From an uncultured Verrucomicrobiae bacterium (GTDB lineage Bacteria > Verrucomicrobiota > Verrucomicrobiia > Limisphaerales > JAFGQR01), in NCBI GenBank assembly GCA_963788655.1, contig CAWBHS010000088.1, positions 128,001-192,000 on the forward strand: a DNA stretch of 64,000 bases, read 5' to 3'. A model generated the notes under the pieces. The model made no database searches. It saw nothing but the letters and a program-made list of their open reading frames with translations, and had not been told where the DNA came from. A program made the position numbers and the translations under genes. Positions 31,631 to 42,546 of the stretch are shown here, piece after piece (position 1 is the stretch's first letter; every line of letters starts with the position of its first letter).

Positions 31631-32809
31631 ATGGTTATGAAGAAGACAACACGACAAGCACCGGCAACCTTCACCGAAACCTTGCTCAGTTCCGAGCACA
31701 ATACGCGCTTCGAGCAATGGCAAATCACCTCCAGCAAATTGCGGCTCAAACCGCTGCGACCATTTTCGGTCAAGAAACTGACCCTGCACGGCGGCAAACA
31801 GGAAGGGGTGGAACTGGTTATCATTGATAACGGCAAGTTGCAGATCACGCTTATCCCCACGCGCGGCATGGGCGTGCGCGAGGTGAGAATGGGCGACGTC
31901 CGGTTGGGTTGGGATTCGCCGATCAAGGAAGTCGTGCATCCGCAGTTCGTCAATCTGCCGACGCGCGGTGGCCTCGGCTGGCTGGACGGTTTCAACGAAT
32001 GGCTGGTGCGCTGCGGGCTGGAGAATTGCGGTGGGCCGGGCCGGGATCAATTCATTACCAACACCGGTGCGCTGAGTGAAATGGATCTCTGGCTGCACGG
32101 CAAAGTTGCCAACATCCCAGCATCCCACGTGGAAGTCGCCATTGACCGGAAGCCGCCGCACACCATCCGCGTCCGCGGTCGGGTCGATGAACGAATGTTT
32201 TATGGACCGAAGCTCGAGCTCTGGACCGAACTGTCCACTGAACCAGGCTCCGCCTCGTTCCGCCTCGAAGACACCATCACCAATCGCGGCGCTCAACCGC
32301 AGGAATTTCAGCTCCTGTACCACGTCAACTTTGGTCCGCCGCTGCTCGAAGAAGGGGCCAGGTTTGTCGGTGCCATCAAGGAAGTCACTCCGTTCAATGA
32401 GACCGCCGCCCAAGGCGTTGAGCGGTATGCCGAATACGCGGGACCGACGCCGGGATTTGTCGAACAAGTCTATTGTCTGACGCCCGCCGCGAACGAGCGG
32501 GACGAAACCATCCTGATGCTCCAAAACGCCGCGGCCGACCGGGCGTTGGCGATGCGTTATTCGGTGAAGCAACTGCCGTGTGTTTCCTTGTGGAAAAGCA
32601 CCGCTGCCGTCGAGGAAGGTTACGTCACCGGTATCGAACCGGGCACCAGCTTTCCCAATACGCGTCGCGTCGAACGCGCCCACGGTCGGGTGCCACGACT
32701 GGAGGGCGGGGCAAGCCGGTCGTTTGCCCTCGAATACTCGATTTGTGCCACACGAAAACAAGTGCAGCGGATGACCGATCAAATCGCGGCAATTCAGGCC
32801 GGAGCCTAA
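31631..32809 (+). CDS. DUF4432 / aldose 1-epimerase-like protein
   Basis: [54 protein letters not shown]. Confidence 0.85.
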   Translation: MVMKKTTRQAPATFTETLLSSEHNTRFEQWQITSSKLRLKPLRPFSVKKLTLHGGKQEGVELVIIDNGKLQITLIPTRGMGVREVRMGDVRLGWDSPIKEVVHPQFVNLPTRGGLGWLDGFNEWLVRCGLENCGGPGRDQFITNTGALSEMDLWLHGKVANIPASHVEVAIDRKPPHTIRVRGRVDERMFYGPKLELWTELSTEPGSASFRLEDTITNRGAQPQEFQLLYHVNFGPPLLEEGARFVGAIKEVTPFNETAAQGVERYAEYAGPTPGFVEQVYCLTPAANERDETILMLQNAAADRALAMRYSVKQLPCVSLWKSTAAVEEGYVTGIEPGTSFPNTRRVERAHGRVPRLEGGASRSFALEYSICATRKQVQRMTDQIAAIQAGA

Positions 32810-34297
32810 ATGAAATATATTCTCGCCCTCGACCAGGGAACGACCAGTTCCCGCGCCATTGTCTTCGATGAAACCGGTTCCATTCGCGCGGCGGCGCAAC
32901 AGGAGTTCCGGCAAATCTATCCCCGCCCGGGCTGGGTGGAGCATGACGCGAATGAAGTATGGTCGGGACAAATGGAGGTCGCCGCGCAAGCCATGCATCA
33001 AGCCGGCTTGAAGCCCGGTGACATCGCCGCCATCGGCATTACCAACCAGCGGGAAACCACTTTGGTGTGGGACCGCCAATCTGGCGCGCCGATCGGCAAC
33101 GCCATCGTTTGGCAGGACCGTCGCACCGCGCCGTTTTGCGAACGACTCCAGGCCGACGGCGCCGAGTCCATGATCCAGAGCAAAACCGGCCTGGTCGTGG
33201 ACGCCTATTTTTCCGCAAGCAAACTCCATTGGATGCTCGAAAATGTTCCTGGCGCCCGCGCCAAGGCCGAAGCTGGCGAATTGGCGTTCGGCACGATGGA
33301 TTCGTGGCTGGTGTGGAAACTGACCGGCGGCAAGGTCCACCTGACCGATGTCACGAACGCGTCGCGCACCATGCTCTATAATTTGCACACGCTCGCTTGG
33401 GACGACGAACTGCTTCGGCTTTTCAACATCCCGCGCGGGCTGCTACCGGAAGTGCGCGCTTCGAGCGAAGTGTACGCCGAGGCTACGGGCGAGCTGGCCG
33501 GCATTCCCATCGCCGGCATTGCGGGCGACCAGCAAGCGGCGCTGTTCGGCCAGGTCTGCACGCGGCCTGGCATGGTGAAAAACACATACGGCACCGGTTG
33601 TTTTCTACTGATGCCTACCGGCGCTCAACCCATAGCGTCGAAAAACAAACTCGTCACCACCATTGCTTGGCGGCTTGGTGACCAGACTGAATATGCGTTG
33701 GAAGGAAGCGTGTTCATCGCTGGCGCGGTGGTGCAATGGCTCCGCGATGGCCTGGGCTTGATCCGGTCTTCCAGTGACGTTGAAGCTCTGGCCGCACAAG
33801 CGCCCGATACGGAAGGCGTGTATATGGTGCCGGCTTTCGCTGGATTGGGGGCGCCGCATTGGGACCCGTATGCGCGCGGCACGATTGTGGGATTGACCCG
33901 CGGGACTACGGCTGCCCATCTGGCGCGCGCCGCGTTGGAGAGCATCGCGTTTCAATCAGCAGACGTGCTGCACGCAATGGATGCGGATGCGGGCAAAGCG
34001 CTCGGGGAAATGCGGGTGGACGGCGGGGCCTCGGTCAACAATCTGCTGATGCAGTTTCAAGCCGACATCTTGGGCGTGCCCGTGGTGCGACCGAAGGTTT
34101 CCGAGACCACCGCGCTCGGGGCTGCCTATCTGGCCGGTTTGGCGGTGGGTTATTGGAAGGATCTCGACGCCATCGCCGCTCATTGGGAAATCGACCGGCG
34201 CTTCGAACCGCAGATGGAACCGGCGGAACGCGAACGTCGCCAGGCCGGCTGGTGGAAGGCTCTCGAACGGGCGAAAGGCTGGGACGCCAACCATTGA
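32810..34297 (+). CDS. glpK: Glycerol kinase
   Basis: [62 protein letters not shown]. Confidence 0.97.
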   Translation: MKYILALDQGTTSSRAIVFDETGSIRAAAQQEFRQIYPRPGWVEHDANEVWSGQMEVAAQAMHQAGLKPGDIAAIGITNQRETTLVWDRQSGAPIGNAIVWQDRRTAPFCERLQADGAESMIQSKTGLVVDAYFSASKLHWMLENVPGARAKAEAGELAFGTMDSWLVWKLTGGKVHLTDVTNASRTMLYNLHTLAWDDELLRLFNIPRGLLPEVRASSEVYAEATGELAGIPIAGIAGDQQAALFGQVCTRPGMVKNTYGTGCFLLMPTGAQPIASKNKLVTTIAWRLGDQTEYALEGSVFIAGAVVQWLRDGLGLIRSSSDVEALAAQAPDTEGVYMVPAFAGLGAPHWDPYARGTIVGLTRGTTAAHLARAALESIAFQSADVLHAMDADAGKALGEMRVDGGASVNNLLMQFQADILGVPVVRPKVSETTALGAAYLAGLAVGYWKDLDAIAAHWEIDRRFEPQMEPAERERRQAGWWKALERAKGWDANH

Positions 34298-34328
34298 ACC
34301 GTGAACCTTGAATGGACCTCTGCAAATC

Positions 34329-34447
34329 GTAGGATAGGCGTCCCGCCGGTCCCGAATAGTCCAGATGGCGTTCGAAACTCGGCGCAAGATCCCATTGCAT
34401 GGGAAGCGGGTCTGATTGGTTCGGGACAGCCGAGACGGCTGTCCTAC
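34329..34447. repeat. GTAGGACAGG-family REP doublet between glpK and glpD
   Basis: gtaggataggcgtcccgccggtcccgaa ... ttcgggacagccgagacggctgtcctac. Confidence 0.85.
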
Positions 34448-34480
34448 GGTGCGGTTTCCCGTCCGCATAATTAGTGCGAA

Positions 34481-36056
34481 ATGAACCGCTCTGAAATGAT
34501 CGAAACCATGCGTGCCTCGGCCGAGCCTTGGGACGTGATCATCATTGGCGGCGGCGCCACCGGTTTGGGATGTGCCGTGGATGCGGCGGCGCGCGGCTAC
34601 CGGACGCTGTTGCTTGAACAGCACGACTTCGCCAAAGGCACCTCGAGCCGCAGCACCAAGCTGATCCATGGCGGCGTGCGCTATTTGCGGCAAGGCAACG
34701 TGGGACTGGTGCTCGAGGCCTTGCGCGAACGCGGCTTGCTCACCCAAAACGCGCCGCACCTGGTCCACAACATGGCGTTCATCGTGCCGAACTACGAATG
34801 GTGGGAGGCACCGTTCTACGGGGTGGGCTTGAAGCTTTACGATCTGCTGGCGGGCAAGCTCGGACTGGGACCGTCAAAACATTTATCGCGCGAGGAAACG
34901 CTAAAGCATTTGCCCACCCTTCAACCGGAGGGCTTGCGCGGCGGCACCATTTACCACGACGGCCAGTTCGATGACGCGCGTTTGGCAGTGTGCCTGGCGC
35001 AAACCGCGGTGGACCTCGGCGCGGTGGTGGCCAATTACGCGCCGGTCATCGCCCTGCAAAAGCAAAATGGTCTGGCGCATGGGGTCGTGGTCCGCGACTT
35101 GGAAGCCAGTCAGGACTTGGCGCTCAATGCCCAAGTGGTCATCAATGCTACCGGCGTGTTTGCTGATGCGGTTCGGCGCTTGGACGACCCGGCTGCCGAC
35201 GATCTCATTGCCCCCAGCCAGGGCGTCCATCTCGTGTTGGATCGCTCGTTTCTTCCTGGTGACAGCGCGATCATGGTCCCTCGCACCGACGACGGTCGGG
35301 TAGTTTTCGTAGTGCCGTGGTTGGACCGGGCGTTGGTCGGCACAACCGACACGCCCATCACCCGGCCCGAATTGGAGCCCCGACCGTTGCCCGAGGAAAT
35401 CAAGTTCCTCTTGAGCCACGCTGGACGCTATCTTACCAAGCCCCCGACAGCCTGCGACGTCTCTGAGCGTTTTCACGGGATTGCGCCCGTTGCACACGAC
35501 CGGCGGCGCCAAGGAAACGGCGGCCTTGCCACGCGACCATAGTGTTTGGATTTCTCCGTCGGGCTTGGTGACGATCACCGGCGGCAAATGGACCACCTAC
35601 CGAAAGATGGCCGAGGACACCATCAACCAGGCCGCCACTGTGGGTGGGCTTTCGGAACAAGCCTGCCGCACGAACGACCTGCATTTGCACGGATGGATCA
35701 GTCCTGTGGAGAAAGAACCGGTTGCTGAACCCGACCACTGGCAAGCCTACGGTGCTGACTGGGCGACGTTGCGCGCGCTGGTGCAAGCCCGGCCGGAACT
35801 GGGCGAACCCGTTCATCCGCGTTTGCCCTATTGCGCGGTTGAAGTCATCTGGGCGGTTCGCCAGGAAATGGCGCTCACCGTGGAAGACGTGCTGGCGCGG
35901 CGCACCCGGTCGCTGTTGCTGGACGCGCGTGCCAGCGTCGAGGCGGCACCCAAAGTGGCCGAGTTGATGGCTGCGGAACTCCACCAACCCCCGGCTTGGG
36001 CCGATGCGCAGGTGAACGCATTCAGGCAAGTCGCCCAAAGCTATGTGCTCGATTGA
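34481..36056 (+). CDS. glpD: FAD-dependent glycerol-3-phosphate dehydrogenase (frameshift near 35462)
   Basis: IIGGGATGLG, GTSSRSTKLIHGGVRYL, DGQFDD, GTTD; then GLRPL, ITGGKWTTYRKMAED, EDVLARRTR in the next frame. Confidence 0.95.
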
Positions 36057-36263
36057 GCGTGCGGAAGGTTTCAAGTTTGAGACTTCTAATCTCCAATTCA
36101 AAGTCCGCCCAGTGACACTGAAGTCTTGCAACGATACGCCAAGCCGCTCCAGCATCTCGGCCATCATGAATACAACTGAGGCATGGTTGATCGAGAGAAA
36201 TGGTGTGCTCTTGTGGTCCGTCAGGTTCGTGGACAGGACACCAGCGGCAGCGGGCGTGGCCGC

Positions 36264-36965
36264 ATGATTCGCCTTGTCCCCACACGCCGGGGCGTGCGCA
36301 TTGTTCAACATGACGCCGTGCTCAGTGAAGTGCTGGCCCACCCCGGTCCCACGCACAGCATCGTTGACGTGCTGGCAGCGGCGGTACAGGCGTTCGCCCA
36401 GGGACCGAGGGTTGCCCTTTTGGGATTTGAAGGCGGCGGCATGGTGGGACCGTTGCGAGCCATGGGGGGGCGCCATGCGTTGGACGCAATCGATATTAGC
36501 AATCGGAGCTACGGCCTCTTCAAGCAGCTTTGCCAGTCCTGGTGCGGCTCAGTGGCGTTTTACCAGGAAGACGCCGTTGCCTGGCTACGTTCCAGTCGCA
36601 GGCGTTTCCACGCAATTGTGGAGGACTTGTCCATTGCGCAGCATCGGGAGGTCGTGCAGCCGGAAATGGTTTGGCAAACCTTGCCCCATTTGGTCCGGCG
36701 AAGAACACACTCGAATGCAGTGGTCGTGTTCAATTTGCTTCGGCCGAAAGGACTCTCGTGGGACGCGGTCGTTTCCCTGGTGACTCGCCCGTTTGCGGCT
36801 GCGCACATTGTCCGATTGGACGACTTTGAAAACCGCATCGTCCTGGCCGGAAACCAGCACGGGGTTGCGTCCGCCCGGGAGATTTCTCGGCGGCTGCGGG
36901 CTGAGTTGAAGAAGATCCAATCACGCTTGGCCGGCCGCATTGCCGTGCGCAGCGTGAAAGCGTGA
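36264..36965 (+). CDS. Class I SAM-dependent methyltransferase, spermidine synthase-like
   Basis: VALLGFEGGG motif I, DAIDIS, EDAVAWL, FHAIVEDL, NRIVLA. Confidence 0.7.
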   Translation: MIRLVPTRRGVRIVQHDAVLSEVLAHPGPTHSIVDVLAAAVQAFAQGPRVALLGFEGGGMVGPLRAMGGRHALDAIDISNRSYGLFKQLCQSWCGSVAFYQEDAVAWLRSSRRRFHAIVEDLSIAQHREVVQPEMVWQTLPHLVRRRTHSNAVVVFNLLRPKGLSWDAVVSLVTRPFAAAHIVRLDDFENRIVLAGNQHGVASAREISRRLRAELKKIQSRLAGRIAVRSVKA

Positions 36966-36984
36966 GGTGTGCAAGGTTGGAAGA

Positions 36985-37371
36985 GCAGTACAGCGCGTAC
37001 CTCCTGTCCCGAATTATTCCAGATGTCGCTCAATCGTATGCAATTGCAGCTCTGCCTCTTGGCGTCTCGCGACATCACGCCAGTGTCTGGAGTGCGCGGA
37101 GCTTGCTCCCGCTTTGCTTGCAGGATGCGCCAAGACCACCAGGCAGCCGGTTTCAAAATGCGATCATCGCAACCCATCCGAAAGCGCCGGCAAGCCGGTC
37201 GCAGTCCAAGCGCTGGCGCGACTCATTCTACGCCTTTCCACAACAATCACTCAGGACGCATATAATCATCGCTATTGGCCCGACGATTGTTGGTCGCCAT
37301 TCACTTGTTGTGTGTGCGGGGCGAGAGGGAAAGCCAATAACCATTCGGGACAGCCGGGACGGCTGTCCTAC
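36985..37371. repeat. Nested REP doublets: GTAGGACAG-family element containing a GGAGTGCG-family doublet (37088-37209)
   Basis: Degenerate left arm ...cctgtcccgaattattccagatg resembles the 34329 copy (ccggtcccgaatagtccagatg); right arm 37344-37371; inner tggagtgcgcggagc...cgcagtccaa. Confidence 0.7.
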
Positions 37372-37383
37372 TGGACAACGCGT

Positions 37384-37746
37384 TCATTGTCCGCGGTAAA
37401 CGCAGCGCGATTGGCACGTCTCCGCCACGGCGACTTCGGTCAGCAACGGTAGCTTGGGTTTGAGACGCTTCCAAATCCAGACGGCGATGTTTTCGCTGGT
37501 GGGATTTTCGAGGCCACGAATTTCATTGAGGTAATAATGATCGAGCCGTTTCCAGATTGGCTTGAACGCGGCGGAAATATCCGCGTAATCAATCAGCCAA
37601 CCAAGCTGGGCATCGCACTCGCCTTCGACCACGATTTCCACCTGGAAGCTGTGGCCGTGAAGCCGGTGACACTTGTGTGCTTTGGGTAGGTGCGGCAACA
37701 AATGGGCGGCTTCAAATTGAAAGGTCTTTCGTAATTCAACACGCAT
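37384..37746 (-). CDS. queD: 6-carboxy-5,6,7,8-tetrahydropterin synthase
   Basis: FEAAHLLP, KCHRLHGHSF, LDHYYLN, ENPTSENIA, VAET. Confidence 0.95.
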   Translation of the reverse strand: MRVELRKTFQFEAAHLLPHLPKAHKCHRLHGHSFQVEIVVEGECDAQLGWLIDYADISAAFKPIWKRLDHYYLNEIRGLENPTSENIAVWIWKRLKPKLPLLTEVAVAETCQSRCVYRGQ

Positions 37747-37776
37747 AAATTTCAGGGTTCGGGGTCGCGGTTTGCT

Positions 37777-39138
37777 TCATCGTTCCCAATGGGTCCAAGT
37801 GATCAGATCGCCAAGCGCGGGCCGGCCGTCATGACGCCAAGTCAGCGGCGGGTTTTGCATTTCACCGAGCGGACAGACGCGCGTCACGCCCCAATGGGCC
37901 AATTGCCGGACCAAGTCGGGGGCTTCCGTTCCGCTGGCCGCCAGACCGACGGTCGAGACTTTGCCCCGCACCGGCTCGGCTTGATGGAGGACTTCCGTCA
38001 AGTCCTCGGTCGCCTTCACAAATGCGCAGCGATATAGACAGGAGGGATGAAAGCGCGAGTCCTCCTCATAAATCACAGTCCACGCTGTTGATTCTGGGCT
38101 GGCCCAGAGGCGGGTTTTGGTCGAGTCCAATGCGCGGATTTCGAAGAAGGAACGCAGACTGGCAATTTCAGTTGCCACCTCCACCGGAACGGTCCCCCGC
38201 GGCTCGACGGTTTCCTGATGGTCCATCGCTTGGGCCAGTAATTCCGCAAAGGCATCTGGGAAGGTGCTGCCTCCGGTTTCCACATAAACAACCTGCGGCG
38301 ACAGGCAACCAAGCTGGTTCCAGGCAGCGATGTCGCGTGCGGCGGCTTGCGCCAGTTTCTTGGCGTTGAAACGAGAGAGCATTTCTTTGGTGATGTAACC
38401 AAAGCTCACCCGATGGCCGTAGCCGAGGAAACGAACCCGCGGCGGCAGCCGACGCCGAATAGCGTCCAGGGCTTCGTCGCTGCCAGTGGCGGTGACGCAG
38501 TTTGATTCCCGAAATAGCACCTCTTCCAGGGCAGTGGTGCCGCCCGGCCATTCCGCGATTTCCAGACAGGCGGCCAGCTTGGGTTCGGCGTCGTAGAGCG
38601 AATGGGCAAAGAGCCGCGGCAGCAGCGAAGTGCCGCGGGCGCACTTGACGAATTGGGCGGAGCGCACGAGCAGTCCCAAGACGATGCTCATCAGCGCCGG
38701 ATTGGGTAGGTTTCCCGCGGTGATGTGGGCCAGTAGTTCCGGCCCGCAAGCCATGGCGGCTTGGCCCAATTGAGCTTCTTCGGCGCTGGCAACCGGTTCG
38801 TCCAGGCGCTGAACCTGACCGAGGTCCTGGATAACGAGCGCGGTCAGTTGCTTACGAGTCAGTCGGGCGAAAAAGGATTCCAATCCATTGACCAACGTGG
38901 CGCGCGAGAAGCCGGTGGCTGCGGGGCCTTGCTCCAAGGCCATTTGACGGAAGGGATAGTCCGGGTCCAACCAGTTTTCCGCAACCGTCGCCAACACCTT
39001 AATCACGCTTGCCGTCGAACGCGGGGCCAGATAATTCGCCCGGTTCTGCTTCAAGGCAAAACAGGCCTCGCGCACCATGGCCGGTGACAACTCGGCTTCC
39101 GGGGGCAGATCAGCGAAAAAATAATTGGGCAACGTCAT
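37777..39138 (-). CDS. Acyl-CoA/acyl-protein reductase, LuxC family
   Basis: HITAGNLP, ATGSDEA, GYGHRVSFG, WNQLGCLSPQ (catalytic Cys), RVCPLGEMQNPPLTWRHDG. Confidence 0.88.
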   Translation of the reverse strand: MTLPNYFFADLPPEAELSPAMVREACFALKQNRANYLAPRSTASVIKVLATVAENWLDPDYPFRQMALEQGPAATGFSRATLVNGLESFFARLTRKQLTALVIQDLGQVQRLDEPVASAEEAQLGQAAMACGPELLAHITAGNLPNPALMSIVLGLLVRSAQFVKCARGTSLLPRLFAHSLYDAEPKLAACLEIAEWPGGTTALEEVLFRESNCVTATGSDEALDAIRRRLPPRVRFLGYGHRVSFGYITKEMLSRFNAKKLAQAAARDIAAWNQLGCLSPQVVYVETGGSTFPDAFAELLAQAMDHQETVEPRGTVPVEVATEIASLRSFFEIRALDSTKTRLWASPESTAWTVIYEEDSRFHPSCLYRCAFVKATEDLTEVLHQAEPVRGKVSTVGLAASGTEAPDLVRQLAHWGVTRVCPLGEMQNPPLTWRHDGRPALGDLITWTHWER

Positions 39139-40346
39139 CGCTGAAGCTCGGTTGCCATGAGCGAACATCCGCGGGGCTCGACGGTGGTCGCTCGCCCAAG
39201 CAATTCAAAGCCGCTGCCGCAACGCCGGCCCAAATCCTCCGTTTGCACGGCCAAGATGGAACGGACATTGGCTAGATCAACGACCCGAATCAAACCGGTT
39301 TCGCCGTCGGCGACTTCGCTCCCGGTTTCCGGGGAAATGAGTTGCCCCCGCGCCCACGGTGGAAATTGGAATCGACGGGTCAGGCCGGACGGGTGTTTAA
39401 GCGACGGTGCGGATTGGCCGGTCGAAGCGATGGCGTGATCGTAAGCCTGCGAACTGAGCTCGCACATCCCGTATTCGCAAACGATGTGGCTGGCCGGTAT
39501 GCCCAGTTGCCGGGTGATGAACGTGTGCAATTCGAGTTGCGAGAGTATGCGCGAGCGTCCCTTGTAGCCGCCGGTTTCCATCACTCGCGAACCAGTCGGC
39601 AAGTGATAATCCTTCCCCATCGCGGCAAGGTGATCGAGCAAATGCACAAAATTGAAGGCGGTGCCGATGATGACTACTGGCCGGTGTTCGCGGCGGGTGC
39701 GATCAAGGGCCGGCACGGTTTGCTCGAAATCCAAGGCCCATGCTCCGGCTTCGTCCAGGCAACCAACAAAAGTCGTCAAGGGCAGGAGGCGTTCGCGGCG
39801 AATGGTATCCAGCATGTGAACCAGCGAGGAATGGGGCGCGAGCTCCGGAGAAGGCGTCAAGAGAATCATGGCTGGTTCCGGTTCTTTCCAAACGGCCCCG
39901 GAAGAGCCGGGGGCCGCCACGGTGGCGATTCCGAGATTCACCTTGAACCAAGCCAGCAGTGACATTTCATAGAGCGCTAACGATTCCGGATCATGAAAGT
40001 GGCGGCTGGGCCGATGCCCGGTGGTGCCGCTGGAATGAAAAACCGCGGTTCGTTCTCCGGCGGGCAGAGTGGTCAGTTCAAGTTCCTTGAAAGCCACCAC
40101 GGGCACGGCGGGAATTAGCCGCCAATGAGTGACCTCTGGGGGAGTAGCATTCCGGGCTTCGCAGAATTTGTGGAAAGCGGGATTGTGTTCATACTGCAAT
40201 GCGAACAAATCCAACGCCAATTGATTGAATTGAGCCTCGCTGTCTGAAAGAAATGGTAATTTGCCGGACGTCCTTCCGGCTACGCTGGCTTGAATGAATC
40301 CGCGTACGCGGTCGGCAAATTCGGCAAATTGGTTGTTGATACTCAT
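39135..40346 (-). CDS. Acyl-protein synthetase, LuxE family
   Basis: FALQYEHN, IPAVPVVAFKE, FHSSGTTG, METGGYKGRS, EYGMCELSSQAY, QTEDLG, LLGRATTVEPRGCS (acylated Cys). Confidence 0.88.
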   Translation of the reverse strand: MSINNQFAEFADRVRGFIQASVAGRTSGKLPFLSDSEAQFNQLALDLFALQYEHNPAFHKFCEARNATPPEVTHWRLIPAVPVVAFKELELTTLPAGERTAVFHSSGTTGHRPSRHFHDPESLALYEMSLLAWFKVNLGIATVAAPGSSGAVWKEPEPAMILLTPSPELAPHSSLVHMLDTIRRERLLPLTTFVGCLDEAGAWALDFEQTVPALDRTRREHRPVVIIGTAFNFVHLLDHLAAMGKDYHLPTGSRVMETGGYKGRSRILSQLELHTFITRQLGIPASHIVCEYGMCELSSQAYDHAIASTGQSAPSLKHPSGLTRRFQFPPWARGQLISPETGSEVADGETGLIRVVDLANVRSILAVQTEDLGRRCGSGFELLGRATTVEPRGCSLMATELQR

Positions 40347-40494
40347 GCGGTTTTGTTTCCGAACGGCTGGTTTTCCGCCACAGCCAAAGGCTAAAATTAC
40401 CAAGTGTGCCATTGGGTCGCAAGCGGAGGTTTTGCGGACTTTCGCAAACAGATTAACAATTGCCGTCAAATGTCGATAAGAAGGTGACGTTTGT

Positions 40495-40830
40495 ATGAGT
40501 CCTGACGAAATCGAAATAGTTGAGTTCCTGAGAAAGTTCCGCCGCAATTTTGTGTCGGTAAACGAAATCTCACGCAGTATCGGGCAGCGCAAGCGTTACC
40601 TCGAAGATCGCCATTGGGCCCGGCCCCTTTTGCGGCGGATGGAAGTGGATGGGCTGGTGGAATCCAACGAGTTTTCCGAGTATCGTTTGCTGCTGCAAGA
40701 GGAGGACACCACCAGTTTCTGGAAAGCCGTGACCAATCCGAGTCTCTCCTTGGGCGACACCACCATCATCGAACTCGACGAAGACACTGACACTGACACC
40801 GGCGCAGTAAAACTCAACGCCACGGAATAG
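40495..40830 (+). CDS. Small hypothetical protein, possible winged helix
   Basis: IVEFLRK...VSVNEISRSIG...WARPLLRRMEVDGLVES pattern plus acidic tail. Confidence 0.65.
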   Translation: MSPDEIEIVEFLRKFRRNFVSVNEISRSIGQRKRYLEDRHWARPLLRRMEVDGLVESNEFSEYRLLLQEEDTTSFWKAVTNPSLSLGDTTIIELDEDTDTDTGAVKLNATE

Positions 40831-40838
40831 GTGCCCGC

Positions 40839-42397
40839 CTACGACGCCACCGTCTGGCACTGTTCCCGGAGGAATTGGGGAACATAAAATGGGCCCACTG
40901 CGTTGCGACAGGCCGATCCGGAAGCTTTCCACCCCCCCACGGTCTGTATGCCCGGCCAGCCTCCCGTCGTGGCGCCCTCGCGCTGGTTACAGTAAGTCGA
41001 AGCGGCTTCGATGCGGTTGAAGAACTCAATTTGTTCGGCCTGCACCTGGGTAAAAATACCGGCCGCCATGCCGTAACTGCTTTGGTTCGCCAGCGTGATG
41101 GCCTCGTCCAGCGATTGGACTTCCGCTACGCCCAGCACCGGCACCAGCCATTCGCTCTGGAAGAAACGCGATTGCGCGGGTAGGCGGTCAATGAGGGCAG
41201 GCTCGACAAAATAGCCATGGGCTAACTCGCGCGTGCGAAGCACTTTCCCGCCGACCCGCAAGCGGCCTTCCTTCCGACCCAACGCCACGGCTTGTTTGGT
41301 ACTTGGCCACGGCGCTCTCGTTGATCAGCGGACCCATCGCCGTATCGCGTGCCAGGGGATCGCCGATTTTTAACCTCGCGATTGTTTGCAGCAAGCCCTC
41401 GATGACTCGTTTGCTGATTTTGCGATGCACGTAAATACGGGAACAGCCGGCGCAGTGCTGCCCATTGCCAGCCAAAGGCTGATTGAACCACCCCCTCGAC
41501 CACCGCTGCCACGTCCGCGGTCGGCATGACGATCACCGGATTGTTGCTTCCCATCGCTGCCAGGCAGGGGCGGGGGTATGGTCCGGCAAACTGGCGCAGC
41601 AAACTCATACCCACTTCCGTCGTGCCGCTGAAAGCCAGTCCGGCAACGTCTGGACTCGCCAATAGCGGCTTCACCAATTCGCTCCCCGGTCCGGTAATCA
41701 GATTGAAGACGCCCACCGGCAGCCCCGCGTCGTGAAGCAAGGTGTTGAACCGCGATCCCACCAGGGCGGCGCGGCTGGAAGGTTTAAAGACCATGGTATT
41801 GCCGCCGGCCAGCGCGGCAATCGCGGTACCGGCCGGAATCGACAGGGGGAAATTAAACGAAGAAATCAAAGCCCAGACGCCGTGCGGCCGCAACGCACAT
41901 TGGTGTTCGTTTCCAGGCGAGCCGTTCAAACGATAGGCGAAACCCTGGTGCCGTTCGGTCTGATTGCAATAATAGACCATGGCCTGAACGGCCTGGGTGA
42001 CCTCGGCGAACGCGTCGATTCGGTTCTTACCCACTTCCAGGCTGATGAGCGCGGCGAGTTCATGTTGGTGGCCGGCGATTAATTCGGCAGCCTTGCGGAG
42101 GTAAGCAATCCGTTCTTGCCACCCAAATTCGCGCCAGAAACGACTGGAAGCCTGGGCGGTGGCGATGGCCTTATGAACTTGATCGCGGGTGGCCTTTTGA
42201 AACTTACCCGCCAAAATTCGGGAATCGGCGGGAAGAAAACTTTGAAAGGTGCCGCTTTTGGACTTGAGTGACTTGCCATTGATCCACAGCCGGTGGACCT
42301 GACCGAGCCGTTTGCGCGCCTGCACCAGAGCACTCTCGAACGCTCGGTGAAAGTCTTCACCCAACGTTCCCGAAGAGTCTGGCACGCCTTGCTCCAT
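40839..42397 (-). CDS. Aldehyde dehydrogenase family protein (P5C-dehydrogenase-like, degenerate motifs, frameshifted)
   Basis: SFNFP, VFKPS, PVGVFNLITGPG, MGSNNP, GQHCAGCSR, MGPLIN, GYFVEP, GGWKASG across three frames. Confidence 0.85.
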
Positions 42398-42546
42398 AGG
42401 TTCATTTACTCCGTGATACGGCATAAGTATAAACCATGTTACCCCACCCGGCAACTATTGGGTCTGGTGGCAGCAGTTCGGCGTCCCGTATGGACGCGAA
42501 AAAGGCCGGAAAATACCGGCCGGTCGAGAAGCAGTGGTCGCTGAAA

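Noticed and set aside
31601..33388. 595-aa minus-strand ORF
   Set aside because: Antisense shadow of DUF4432 and glpK in GC-rich DNA with no motifs; the same applies to most other overlapping ORFs in the track.
36962..37452. ORFs between the methyltransferase and queD (also 46991-47593 and 24919-25284)
   Set aside because: They are translations of REP palindromes (e.g. [26 protein letters not shown]), not credible genes.
37777..40346. Bioluminescence operon
   Set aside because: No luxA, luxB, luxD or luxG in the window.
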